The notes beneath the pieces are model-generated. The model did no database searches and was not told the DNA's origin. It was given only the letters and a program-made list of their open reading frames with translations. A DNA stretch of 64,000 nucleotides from Thermoplasmata archaeon (GTDB taxonomy: Archaea > Thermoplasmatota > Thermoplasmata > UBA10834), in NCBI GenBank assembly GCA_020696395.1, contig JAEHCN010000001.1, positions 1,902 through 65,901 of the forward strand, written 5' to 3'. This document shows, piece after piece, positions 39,118 through 48,447 of the stretch. Positions within the stretch are counted from its first letter, which is position 1; every line of letters starts with the position of its first letter. The translations under genes were made by a program, and so were the position numbers.

Positions 39118-40617
39118 ATGAGTGAAATGGTCGATAACGAAGCTGTGAGCGAGACGGTGAAAGGGCCGAAGACCGGAAAGGTCGACGGGAAAGAGAAGCC
39201 GATGATAGCCTCCGAGGAGGACTTCCCTCTTCCGGATTGGGTCGCCGACTGGGCGAGAGAGGCGCCGAAACTGGTCGTCAGGGCTCCGGGGCCGAAGAGC
39301 AAGGCCATAATCAAGATTGACAGGGAGTATGTCTCCTACGCATACGACAGATGCTTCACGTTCACCTTCGAGAAGGCTTCCGGAGCCTCCGTGATGGACG
39401 CTGACGGGAACGTTCTGCTCGACTTCACATCGGGCATAGGCGTGGAGAACGCCGGGTGGACCCATCCGCGTGTGGTCAAGGCCATCCAGGATCAGGCTGG
39501 GAAGCTCATCCACTCCATGGCGAACGACGCCTACTTCGACAAAGAGGCGTACTTCGCGAAGCTGCTCCACGAGATATCGCCAGGCAAGGCTCTGAAGGGC
39601 ACGTTCTTCGGCAATAGCGGTGGGGAAGCGGTCGAGGCGGCGTTCAAGCTCTCGCGTTACTACACGAAGAGGAGCGAGCACGTGGCATTCTTCGGCTCGT
39701 ACCACGGTAGGGTGGGAGCCGGACTCTCGCTGACCAGCAAGCTGAAGCTTAGGTACAGTTACGGTCCACTGATTCCCGGAATCGTGTTCACTCCGTATGC
39801 CTATTGCTACAGATGCCCGTTCAAGCAGACGTACCCAGAATGCGGCCTCTGGTGCATGGACTACCTGGAGAAGCAGGTTCTCGAGATGGGCGGACCGACA
39901 GGTCCGATATCCTCGATTGTAGTCGAGCCCATCCAGGGCGAGGGCGGGTATGTCGTGCCCCCGAAGGAGTTCCTGCCCGGGCTCAAGAGGATCTGCGAAT
40001 CCCAGAATGCGCTTCTGATCATGGACGAAGTGCAGACAGGGTTCGCACGGACGGGAAAGATGTTCGCATGCGAGCATTTCGACGTCATCCCGGACATACT
40101 GGTCATGGGCAAGGCCCTCGGCGGAGGAGTCCCGCTCGGCGCGATAATCGCGAAGAACGAGATCATGAAGAAGTGGCGCCCTGGCTCACACTCGTCTACG
40201 TTCGGCGGGAATGCCATTACGATGGCAGCCGGTTTGGCGCATGTTCAGGCCATTGTTGAGGAGAATCTCTGTGACAGGGCGGCGAAGCTCGGTAATCACA
40301 CCACGAAGCTGTTGAGGGAGATGATGGAGCGCAGGGAGATCATCGGAGACGTTCGCGGGAAGGGTCTGATGATCGGTGTGGAGCTGGTCAAGAACCAGTA
40401 CACCAAGGAGCCCCACGAGGCGACCACCGTCCAGGGCAAGTGCTGGAGGGGAGGTCTGATGACGATTACGTCCGGCATCTACGGCAACGTGTTCAGGATC
40501 GCCCCGCCGCTTTGCATGTCCAAGGCCCAGATCGAGAAGAGCCTGGAAATATTCGAGAAATCGCTCAAGGACGAGGAGGAGTTCCTCAAGATCGGGACAT
40601 CCTCGGCGCCAGGTTGA
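39118..40617 (+). CDS. Class III PLP-dependent aminotransferase (omega-aminotransferase / GABA-AT-like)
   Basis: AT-III fold with Schiff-base Lys context (LVMGKALGGG) and GNSGGEAVEAA. The ~60-aa Lys-rich N-terminal extension may be leader; an alternative start is M29. Confidence 0.85.
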   Translation: MSEMVDNEAVSETVKGPKTGKVDGKEKPMIASEEDFPLPDWVADWAREAPKLVVRAPGPKSKAIIKIDREYVSYAYDRCFTFTFEKASGASVMDADGNVLLDFTSGIGVENAGWTHPRVVKAIQDQAGKLIHSMANDAYFDKEAYFAKLLHEISPGKALKGTFFGNSGGEAVEAAFKLSRYYTKRSEHVAFFGSYHGRVGAGLSLTSKLKLRYSYGPLIPGIVFTPYAYCYRCPFKQTYPECGLWCMDYLEKQVLEMGGPTGPISSIVVEPIQGEGGYVVPPKEFLPGLKRICESQNALLIMDEVQTGFARTGKMFACEHFDVIPDILVMGKALGGGVPLGAIIAKNEIMKKWRPGSHSSTFGGNAITMAAGLAHVQAIVEENLCDRAAKLGNHTTKLLREMMERREIIGDVRGKGLMIGVELVKNQYTKEPHEATTVQGKCWRGGLMTITSGIYGNVFRIAPPLCMSKAQIEKSLEIFEKSLKDEEEFLKIGTSSAPG

Positions 40618-40772
40618 CACCTGAAGGTTGACGGCCTGGACCCCGTAGTTCGGTGAGAGTTCAATCTGTGTGGTCAATACTGGCAGCATAAACACCGTCC
40701 AGCTTGAGGTGTTTCGCATCGCTTTTCCCGTCTGTCCTCCAAACCCTTATTCGGCGCACTCACCGCAGGCAC

Positions 40773-41363
40773 TCATCCGTCGAAGGATCTCCTGCCGACA
40801 GCGACAAGGATCAGACCGATGAGGCCGACAACGGCGCCGACCGCGAACCCTAGGCCGAGGATCGAGAATATCCCGCCCACGACTGCGAGGGCGAAGTGCT
40901 TCCGGACTATCGCGAACACGCCCCCAAGGACCGCGATCACACCGAAGACAATTACTATGGCGCCGCAAGTGAAGAGTATGTCATCCAGATCGCTGAGCGA
41001 CATATCCAACTCGGCGGGGTCCACCCAGTCCTCGATGTCCTGAGCGTCGAGCGCCATGAACGCCACGCCCATGCCCAGGGCTGCGAGTCCCGCGATGATT
41101 ATGAGCACGCCGCCGATCACCGGCAGTATGCTTCTCTCCTTCTGCGGCGCAGCCTGTCCAGGCTGCGCCATTCTGTAGTCGTGCCCGCAGTACGGGCAGA
41201 CGTTTGAATTCCAGTTTATCGCGCGTCCACACGAGACGCACTGTCTCGTTGTAGGCGCGTCAGGCTGCTGTTGCCCTCCTGCGACGGCCGGATCAGATAC
41301 GGATTCTCCCACGACACCACCTCTCATAGCTCCGAGGAGAATCGCCCCGGAACTGTCTAACAT
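40773..41363 (-). CDS. Zinc-ribbon + 4-TM membrane protein
   Basis: CVSCG...CPYCG ribbon followed by Gly/Ala/Val-rich TM helices. Confidence 0.5.
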   Translation of the reverse strand: MLDSSGAILLGAMRGGVVGESVSDPAVAGGQQQPDAPTTRQCVSCGRAINWNSNVCPYCGHDYRMAQPGQAAPQKERSILPVIGGVLIIIAGLAALGMGVAFMALDAQDIEDWVDPAELDMSLSDLDDILFTCGAIVIVFGVIAVLGGVFAIVRKHFALAVVGGIFSILGLGFAVGAVVGLIGLILVAVGRRSFDG

Positions 41364-41714
41364 TGTCTTGAGACTATTTCACTGTTGTCCGTGATCGATC
41401 GGCACCGCCTGACCATCGACGGGCTCGCGGGGTCGACGGTCCTCTCGGAGCACGAATATGATGTGTGCCAAGTAGGAGCGAGCACCCAAAGGACTCCGCA
41501 GAGAGTTTTGGCGTCCCTTCACATTCCACACCCTGAGGCCCTCCTTTGGCAGGAACCTCTTGTTATTTGGAGTTCCTTTGGAGACATTATCAGAGACCGT
41601 CTGATAGTCGCCAGACCGGAAAATTATGACTCCGTCCTTTTTGTAGAAGAGAATGATGTCGCCTTCCGTCCATATGGCCTTCTCTGAGGGCAAGCAATTT
41701 ATACAGCCAATCCA

Positions 41715-41951
41715 TTGGGCGCGATGATGGCAGAAGATGTGGATTCCGAATTCCAACGAAAGGCAGCGTTTGCCTTCTTCTCGCTTCTGCTTGTTGCGGG
41801 CATACTCGTCTACTGGGGCTGGGGTCTCATCTACGGAACATGGTACCCGTTCGACAGGGGTAACATCGGAATATACACGATCTACACCCCGTTGATCGCC
41901 TTCGGCATCATCGGAATGGTACTATTCCGGAAGAAGAGGACAGCCACGTAG
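41715..41951 (+). CDS. Small 2-TM membrane protein (78 aa)
   Basis: Two hydrophobic helices and Trp/Tyr-rich loops. Confidence 0.35.
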   Translation: MGAMMAEDVDSEFQRKAAFAFFSLLLVAGILVYWGWGLIYGTWYPFDRGNIGIYTIYTPLIAFGIIGMVLFRKKRTAT

Positions 41952-42005
41952 GAACCGTTTCTCAGCTCTCCTGCCAGGCTGACAATCCTTTGGGTGACCC
42001 TGTAC

Positions 42006-43403
42006 TCACATCGCTCGGGCTACGTAGATCGAAGTACGCGTAGGCTTCCCACAGACGACACAAGCTCCATCGAACCCCTCGTCTTCGATTGGCATGCCTA
42101 TTATGTTCCGGTCAGTACGGTTCTCGATCGAGTGGCCGCAGTCCTCGCCGCCACACCATCCGGTTCTGATGAACTTCTCGGGCAGATTGTCCAAGGATTC
42201 GACGGTGATGGTATCCGCATCCATGGTCTTCTGGGCCATCTGGAGCATGTCATCGGCGATCTTGGCAAGCGTCCCACTTGCCTCGTCCGCGACGCGTCCC
42301 CGCTCTACGAGGGTCTTCTCGCCATTGTCTCTCCTGGCGAAGGTCACGACACCCTTCTCGATGTCCTTGGGGCCGAGCTCGAGTCTCAGAGGAACACCCT
42401 TCAGCTCCCAATCGTAGTACTTCGCTCCTGGCCTGACATCTCTGTCGTCAAGGTGAACCCGCAGCCCCGAGCTCTTGAGTTCATCGTACAGCTTCTCCGC
42501 CTCTGCGGTCACGGCATCAGCAGCGCCCTTCGCAAGAACTGGTATGATCACTATTTGGATGGTCGCTACATCAGGCGGGAGCACGATCCCCTTGTCATCT
42601 CCGTGTATGGCCACGATTGCTCCGACCAGCCTCTCACTCATGCCAAAGGTCGTCTGATGGGCGTACTTATGTTCCCCGTTGTCGTCCTCGTACTTGATGT
42701 CGTAGGGTCGCGAGAAATTCTCCTTGTACTGGTGTATCGACCCCAGCTGGAGCGTTCTACCGTTCGGCAGGACGGTGTCGATACCTACCGTGTAATCCGC
42801 TCCCGGGAACTTGTCCCAGTCCGTGCGCTTGAGTAGCTTGTTGGGGATGCACCATTTCTTGGCAAGCCGTTCGAGGATCTCGTAGTCCTCCCTGATCTGT
42901 CTCTCCGCATCATCGAAGTCAGCGTGACACGTGTGCGACTCGAAGAAGTGGATTTCCCGCACCCTGATGAACGCCCTCGTCTGCTTCGTCTCATATCTGA
43001 AAGTGTTCACTATCTGGTAGGTCTTGAGTGGAAGGTCAGCATGGGACCGGACCCACAGGGCGAACATGGGATACATGGCCGTCTCGCTCGTCGGCCTCAG
43101 GAGTAACTTCACGTCTAGCGGGTTCAATCCAGCATGTGTGACCCAGAACACCTCGGCGTCGAATCCCTTGATGTGCTCCTTCTCCTTGGCGAATTGGTCT
43201 TCCGGTATGAGGAGGGGGAAGCACACCTCATCGTGGTCCGTGGCGTCGAACTCCTGGCGTATGTGTGTGTCGACCGCCCGCATGATCTTCCAGCCATAGG
43301 GCGTCCACACGTTCATCCCCTTGATCGGGTAACGCTTGTCGGTCAGGTTCGCCCTTTCGACGATTTCGTTGTACCATTCGCTGAAATCTTCGGCCTTCTT
43401 CAT
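42006..43403 (-). CDS. proS: Prolyl-tRNA synthetase (archaeal/eukaryal type)
   Basis: Class II aaRS motifs, an anticodon-binding domain and a C-terminal zinc domain (CGGEDCG...CVVCGK). Confidence 0.9.
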   Translation of the reverse strand: MKKAEDFSEWYNEIVERANLTDKRYPIKGMNVWTPYGWKIMRAVDTHIRQEFDATDHDEVCFPLLIPEDQFAKEKEHIKGFDAEVFWVTHAGLNPLDVKLLLRPTSETAMYPMFALWVRSHADLPLKTYQIVNTFRYETKQTRAFIRVREIHFFESHTCHADFDDAERQIREDYEILERLAKKWCIPNKLLKRTDWDKFPGADYTVGIDTVLPNGRTLQLGSIHQYKENFSRPYDIKYEDDNGEHKYAHQTTFGMSERLVGAIVAIHGDDKGIVLPPDVATIQIVIIPVLAKGAADAVTAEAEKLYDELKSSGLRVHLDDRDVRPGAKYYDWELKGVPLRLELGPKDIEKGVVTFARRDNGEKTLVERGRVADEASGTLAKIADDMLQMAQKTMDADTITVESLDNLPEKFIRTGWCGGEDCGHSIENRTDRNIIGMPIEDEGFDGACVVCGKPTRTSIYVARAM

Positions 43404-43452
43404 GACAGTTCCGAGAATCCGGGGGAGGCTTATGTAGCTTTTGGTGGGGCCT

Positions 43453-44331
43453 TCATTCCCTTATGGCCCTGGCAACCTGAGGAGCGACCGTGATCGCCGT
43501 GGTGGAGCTCTCGATGGTGTCCGTGGAGAACACCTCGTCGCACGCTTCTCTGAGGCGAGGAATCGCGTCTGATGAGAAGACGCCATGCGTGCATACTGCT
43601 ATGATCTTGGTGGCGCCCTGCTGCCTGAGCTGTTCGGAGGCCTTGACGATGGTTCCGCCCGTGGATATGATGTCGTCGACTATCGCGACCGTCTTACCGC
43701 TGGCGTCAAGTGATTTGGGCGCCATCTTGACGGTCGCCCCATCGAGCCGTTCCTTCACGAGGAAGTCCGCCTCGCATCCTGCGACGCTAGCCACCATCTT
43801 CGCATTGTCCCGTCTCCCCTCATCGGGTGACAGGACCAGTTCGACGCCCTCTCGCTTGAGGAACGCGCCTACTTCGGGGTGGGCCGAGACGTTCTTCGCA
43901 GGTATGCGGTCGAACCATGCGACCACGCTGGGAGCGTGGACATCGACTGTAACGAACGCGTCGGACTGGGGCTGGATGATTCGTGCTAGCATCCGCGCGC
44001 TCACCGGCTCGCCACTCTTGAATTTCTTGTCCTGACGAGCGTATCCGAAGTAAGGTACGACCGTGGTCACTGAGGACACGTCGAACTCCCGTACCGCATC
44101 CTGCAGGAGCAGGAGCTCGACGATGTTCCTGTCCGGCCACGCGGTCTGGACGATAGCGACATCCAGCCCGTCCAGGTCGGCACCGACCCTGACGTAGCAT
44201 TCGTCATCAGGGAACCTCTTCACCTCTACTTCCACAAGTTCCGCCCCGAGGTTCTTCGCCAATTCCCCCGCGAGCCTTCCTGATGCTGAGCCCCCGACGA
44301 TGTGCATTGTATCGGTCGCGGACAACGTCAT
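43453..44331 (-). CDS. prs: Ribose-phosphate pyrophosphokinase
   Basis: PRPP synthetase signatures (DLHA-like region, VIVDDIISTGGT). Confidence 0.9.
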   Translation of the reverse strand: MTLSATDTMHIVGGSASGRLAGELAKNLGAELVEVEVKRFPDDECYVRVGADLDGLDVAIVQTAWPDRNIVELLLLQDAVREFDVSSVTTVVPYFGYARQDKKFKSGEPVSARMLARIIQPQSDAFVTVDVHAPSVVAWFDRIPAKNVSAHPEVGAFLKREGVELVLSPDEGRRDNAKMVASVAGCEADFLVKERLDGATVKMAPKSLDASGKTVAIVDDIISTGGTIVKASEQLRQQGATKIIAVCTHGVFSSDAIPRLREACDEVFSTDTIESSTTAITVAPQVARAIRE

Positions 44332-44423
44332 CCGTTCTCATATAACTTGACGCCACCGAGGCCCTGGAACGTTTTACGAAAGCATTAATAGAAGAAATCG
44401 TCATATTGGCAAATTGAGATGGG

Positions 44424-46028
44424 ATGCATTTGAACGAGAGCACTGACCAGTTGGACCCATCAACGGGCGAAACCGGCGCTTCATTCCCCGAATGTGTGGA
44501 TGAGACCCATGACGAGCATGCTCCCAAGCCACGCTCCCGCCACGCGCACAAAGCAGACGACCCCGACGGACTCACTCAGGTGGGCGTGATTTACGGCAAT
44601 GTCGGCACTCTCAAGTTCAACATCGTAGTGACCGCTCCCCTGGAGAAGATGGAGTTTGTCCAGGTGCGTCACGGCTTGCACGGGTTCGTTCTCGGGCAGG
44701 TGTCCGAGATCGAGCGGCGCACCAACCTGACGACGGACGGGGTCAAGTCGATGAAACACGGAACCCCCGTCGAGATCGAGGAGAAGGAGATCGCAACGGT
44801 GTCAATCGTGGGCTATCGGGATGACAGGAATCTTCTCCAGGCTCCCCGAACTCCGTTGTGCGCGGGTGAGAGCGCGTTCCGCGCGCAGGAGTCCCTGATA
44901 AAAAGCGTCGTCGGCATCCAGGAGCACACCGAATCCGGTGCTTACATAGGCCTTCTGTCAGGACACGACGTCCGCGTGGAGCTCGACATCAACTTACTCG
45001 TGCAGAAGCACGTGTGCATCCTCAGCAAGACCGGCGGCGGGAAATCGTACTGTTCCGGCGCACTCATAGAGGAGATGATGAAGCACAATGTCACCGTTTG
45101 CGTGCTCGACCCTCACGGCGAGTACTCGACGATGCGGAAGCGAGGGACGGTCAAGAAGACGAACAGGGACTTCGGCGTGAAGCCGAAGGGATACGAGGAC
45201 AAGATAGCGGAGTTCGCAACGGACACGAACCTGAACAAGCATGCCAAACCTCTGAAATTCACGCTGCACAACCTGGATGCGAGGGAGCTCCTCGGTCTCA
45301 CGAACATCAAGAACGTGAGGTCGTACCTGACGATGCTCAGGAAGGCGGTCGACGTCCTCAGAGACACTAAGAAGAGTTACTCGATAGCCGATATCGTGGC
45401 CGTCCTCGAAGCAAACGACGAGCAGTCAAGCGGGGTCCTGATAAGCGAGTTGGAGTACCTGAACGAGATAGATGTCTTCGCGGAGCAGGGGACGAAGATC
45501 GACGAGCTCATCAAGAAGGGCAAGACCACGATCATCAACCTGAGGGGCACACCGCCCGACATGCAGGAACTCATAGTCAACAGGATTGGCAACGCGCTCT
45601 TCGAACTTCGTAAGGTCGGGAAGATACCCCCGTTGATGTTGGTCGTCGAGGAGGCTCACAACTTCTGTCCGCAACAGGGGCAAGTGGCGTGCTCCAAGGC
45701 GTTCAGGACCATCGCGTCCGAGGGCAGGAAGTTCGGTCTGGGACTCATGGTGATATCCCAGAGGCCGGCGAAGGTGGACAAGAACGTGCTGAGCCAGTGC
45801 AACACCCAGATCATACTCAAGGTGAACAACCCGAACGATCTCAAGGCGATCGCAGCCTCGATTGAGGGATTGACAGAGGGTATGGAGGACGAGATCCAGC
45901 GGCTGCCCATCGGAACCGCCATCGTCACCGGCGGTGGCGTGTCAATGCCGCTCTTCGTGGACATTCGTCCCAGGGAGTCACTCCACGGAGGCGAGAGCGT
46001 GGAGATCATCCCGTCCAGAAGGGTGTAG
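44424..46028 (+). CDS. HerA-like hexameric ATPase/helicase paralog (HAS-barrel + FtsK/HerA P-loop, DUF87)
   Basis: N-terminal HAS barrel, Walker A SKTGGGKS, Walker B LMLVVEEAHNF and a HerA-type ISQRP...LSQCNTQIILKVNNPND region. Confidence 0.75.
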   Translation: MHLNESTDQLDPSTGETGASFPECVDETHDEHAPKPRSRHAHKADDPDGLTQVGVIYGNVGTLKFNIVVTAPLEKMEFVQVRHGLHGFVLGQVSEIERRTNLTTDGVKSMKHGTPVEIEEKEIATVSIVGYRDDRNLLQAPRTPLCAGESAFRAQESLIKSVVGIQEHTESGAYIGLLSGHDVRVELDINLLVQKHVCILSKTGGGKSYCSGALIEEMMKHNVTVCVLDPHGEYSTMRKRGTVKKTNRDFGVKPKGYEDKIAEFATDTNLNKHAKPLKFTLHNLDARELLGLTNIKNVRSYLTMLRKAVDVLRDTKKSYSIADIVAVLEANDEQSSGVLISELEYLNEIDVFAEQGTKIDELIKKGKTTIINLRGTPPDMQELIVNRIGNALFELRKVGKIPPLMLVVEEAHNFCPQQGQVACSKAFRTIASEGRKFGLGLMVISQRPAKVDKNVLSQCNTQIILKVNNPNDLKAIAASIEGLTEGMEDEIQRLPIGTAIVTGGGVSMPLFVDIRPRESLHGGESVEIIPSRRV

Positions 46029-46033
46029 GTGCG

Positions 46034-46336
46034 ATGACGGGCGACGGTGAAACGATAACTATCGAACGCGTCGAGAAGTACATCACGCTCACATCGAACG
46101 CACTGGCCAAACTGCGGGTGGCCGCACCCGACCGGTCTTTCAACAAGAAGCTAGCTGAGGATTTTCTCACGATGGCGAGGTCGTACTTCGAGGACGCTAA
46201 GGGGTTCGCCCGTGAGGGCGACCTGACTAAGGCGTTCGCGTGCGTGAACTATGCGCACGGATGGTTGGACAGCGGTGCGAGGATCGGTCTCTTCGACGTG
46301 GGTGGCGACGACCAGCTCTTCACTCTCTACGAATGA
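46034..46336 (+). CDS. Hypothetical alpha-helical protein (100 aa) operonic with the HerA-like ATPase
   Basis: Starts 6 nt after the ATPase stop with protein-like composition; no family recognised. Confidence 0.5.
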   Translation: MTGDGETITIERVEKYITLTSNALAKLRVAAPDRSFNKKLAEDFLTMARSYFEDAKGFAREGDLTKAFACVNYAHGWLDSGARIGLFDVGGDDQLFTLYE

Positions 46337-46350
46337 TCCTGTGACGCTTC

Positions 46351-47223
46351 TCATGCCTGATTGGGCAGAACCCTGGCACCTGCGATGTCGACGCCACACG
46401 ATCGGGCCTCCCCGAACGCGCTGAGGATATCGGCCAATTCCGCGGTCCGTCCTATTGCGAAGACGGAATTGCCGAGCATGACCATGCTGGCAGCTCCAGC
46501 GGCGGATGCTGCGTCCATGGCTGTGGCCACCTGCTCGGAGGCAAGATCGGTCTCCAACGCGAACGACGACGCCAATCGCATGAAATCGTCCACCGTCGGT
46601 CGGCCGAGCAGTCGGGAAACCCTCTCCGCGCCGGCTCGGTTGATGCGCTGTGTCAGCTCGATATCCTTGAGCACCTCCGAGGTCTTGATGGGCGACCCGA
46701 CCACCGCAAGGACGACTTCTGGCGCCCCCTCGATACGGTGGACTCTGCCCTTCGGCGGGAGACCAGGTGATGCGCGTATCGTGACGCCCGCGCGATGGAC
46801 CGCAGGAACATCTCCTAGTCCTGCGCCACACTCTATCTCAGCGACATGCGCCGCCTCGAAAGCATTCTGACGGGCGATTCCGAGGATGTGCGAGGCTGCG
46901 ATACATGCGGAGAGCGCCCCCGCCGCGCTCATACCGAAGCCTTGGCTCTCAGGAAGGTCGAGCTCAGTGGCCACATCGACATGGAGCGGCTCCTCACCGA
47001 GCAGATGCTCGAGAGCAGCTCGTGTGACTTCGGCCTCTCGGGGTTCGCCGTCGATTTCGACCTTGATCTTGAGATGATCGGACCTCTCTATGGTCACGTC
47101 GGAGAGTGCGCCCAACGACGTGCAGAGCCCACCACCTCTTGAGCCGCTTGCCAGCAGGTCTTCTGCCATGCATACCTCGAAGAATCCCGTGATGTGCCCC
47201 GGGCAGAACGCCCTGGCTCTCAT
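46351..47223 (-). CDS. Pantoate kinase (GHMP-kinase family, archaeal CoA pathway)
   Basis: GHMP kinase fold (the PGHITGFF N-terminus matches the pantoate kinase family) and a 4-nt overlap with coaBC. Confidence 0.6.
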   Translation of the reverse strand: MRARAFCPGHITGFFEVCMAEDLLASGSRGGGLCTSLGALSDVTIERSDHLKIKVEIDGEPREAEVTRAALEHLLGEEPLHVDVATELDLPESQGFGMSAAGALSACIAASHILGIARQNAFEAAHVAEIECGAGLGDVPAVHRAGVTIRASPGLPPKGRVHRIEGAPEVVLAVVGSPIKTSEVLKDIELTQRINRAGAERVSRLLGRPTVDDFMRLASSFALETDLASEQVATAMDAASAAGAASMVMLGNSVFAIGRTAELADILSAFGEARSCGVDIAGARVLPNQA

Positions 47224-48419
47224 CTAACCATCCTCGCAGCTCTGTCGAGGATCTTCTCCGCCACTTCCGCCTTCGTGCCCTTGAGCTCCTCAGGCGCGCC
47301 TTTGCTATCGACGAGCAGCACCCTCGTCTTTCCAGCGGCGACATCCTCCACGAGGTTCGCCACGACGAAGGAACATTTCGACCGTTCCATCAGGGCCACC
47401 GATTCTGAGACTAGTCTGTCGTCATCCACGTGCGACTGAGCCTTGAAACCGACGACGACCTTCGCCTTGATGCCGTCGATGATCTTCGGATTCCTCTTCA
47501 GGGTCAGTGTCATGAGCGGCTCGGACGACGATACCTTGCCCTCCACCTTCTCGGGAGTGTAATCCGACACTGCAGCGGGGAAGAGCACGATGTCCCATGT
47601 CTGTTCCTCAGCGGCGACCATGCCGTGTAGGTCCTTGGTCGTTCGGAACCGCCTGGATGATATGTGTGACGGAACGGCGGCGTCCGACCTGCCTGTCCAG
47701 AGTTCCGTTCCCGCTCCTCTGTGAAAGGCCGCCTTGGCGATCTCGACGCCGGTCTCGCCGGAGCTCCTGTTGGTCAGCATCCTGATGTCATCGACGGGCT
47801 CCTCCGTCGCTCCGGAGATCACCAGGACTCTCAGTCCTTTGAGGTCCCTCCTTCCGAGGCGTGATATCACGGTGGAGACGATGTGGCTCATTTCCGGCAT
47901 CTTGGCCTTCGACTCCTCCATCCTGGGCTCGAGAACCGTCACTCCCATGCCTTTCAGACGCTCGATGTTCTCGAGGACTGCGGAGTTTCTGATCATGCTC
48001 CCATGCATGGCGGGCACGATCATGACTGGCATGTCACTCCCCAGCGCCGTCGTCGCGAAGGTCGTGACCGGGGTATCGTCGATCCCGCAGGCGACCTTGG
48101 ACAGCGTGTTGGCGGTACAAGGGGCTATCAGGAACAGGTCGGCTCGGTCGGGCACATCCCCGCAGAGCGCCACGTGTTGAACTCTTCCGTCGATGTTCGT
48201 GGTCACCGGGGATCCAGAGGCGAACTCGAGTGCATTTGGGTGGATGATATTCTGCGCTTCCTGAGACACGACCACATGTACCTCGGCACCATGCCTGGTC
48301 AGCTCCCTGCAGAGCCTGACCGAGTCGACGGCCGCAATGCTACCCGTCACGCCAAGTACGACTCGTCTTCCCCTCAGCTCGTCTCCCTTGGTGCCTCTCA
48401 GATGGTCCGCTGGATGCAT
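47220..48419 (-). CDS. coaBC: Bifunctional phosphopantothenoylcysteine decarboxylase / phosphopantothenate-cysteine ligase
   Basis: N-terminal flavoprotein domain (VVLGVTGSIAA) and the C-terminal DFP/CoaB domain. Confidence 0.85.
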   Translation of the reverse strand: MHPADHLRGTKGDELRGRRVVLGVTGSIAAVDSVRLCRELTRHGAEVHVVVSQEAQNIIHPNALEFASGSPVTTNIDGRVQHVALCGDVPDRADLFLIAPCTANTLSKVACGIDDTPVTTFATTALGSDMPVMIVPAMHGSMIRNSAVLENIERLKGMGVTVLEPRMEESKAKMPEMSHIVSTVISRLGRRDLKGLRVLVISGATEEPVDDIRMLTNRSSGETGVEIAKAAFHRGAGTELWTGRSDAAVPSHISSRRFRTTKDLHGMVAAEEQTWDIVLFPAAVSDYTPEKVEGKVSSSEPLMTLTLKRNPKIIDGIKAKVVVGFKAQSHVDDDRLVSESVALMERSKCSFVVANLVEDVAAGKTRVLLVDSKGAPEELKGTKAEVAEKILDRAARMVR

Positions 48420-48447
48420 TCAACCAAGTTCGAGTCATCTCTCTGTA

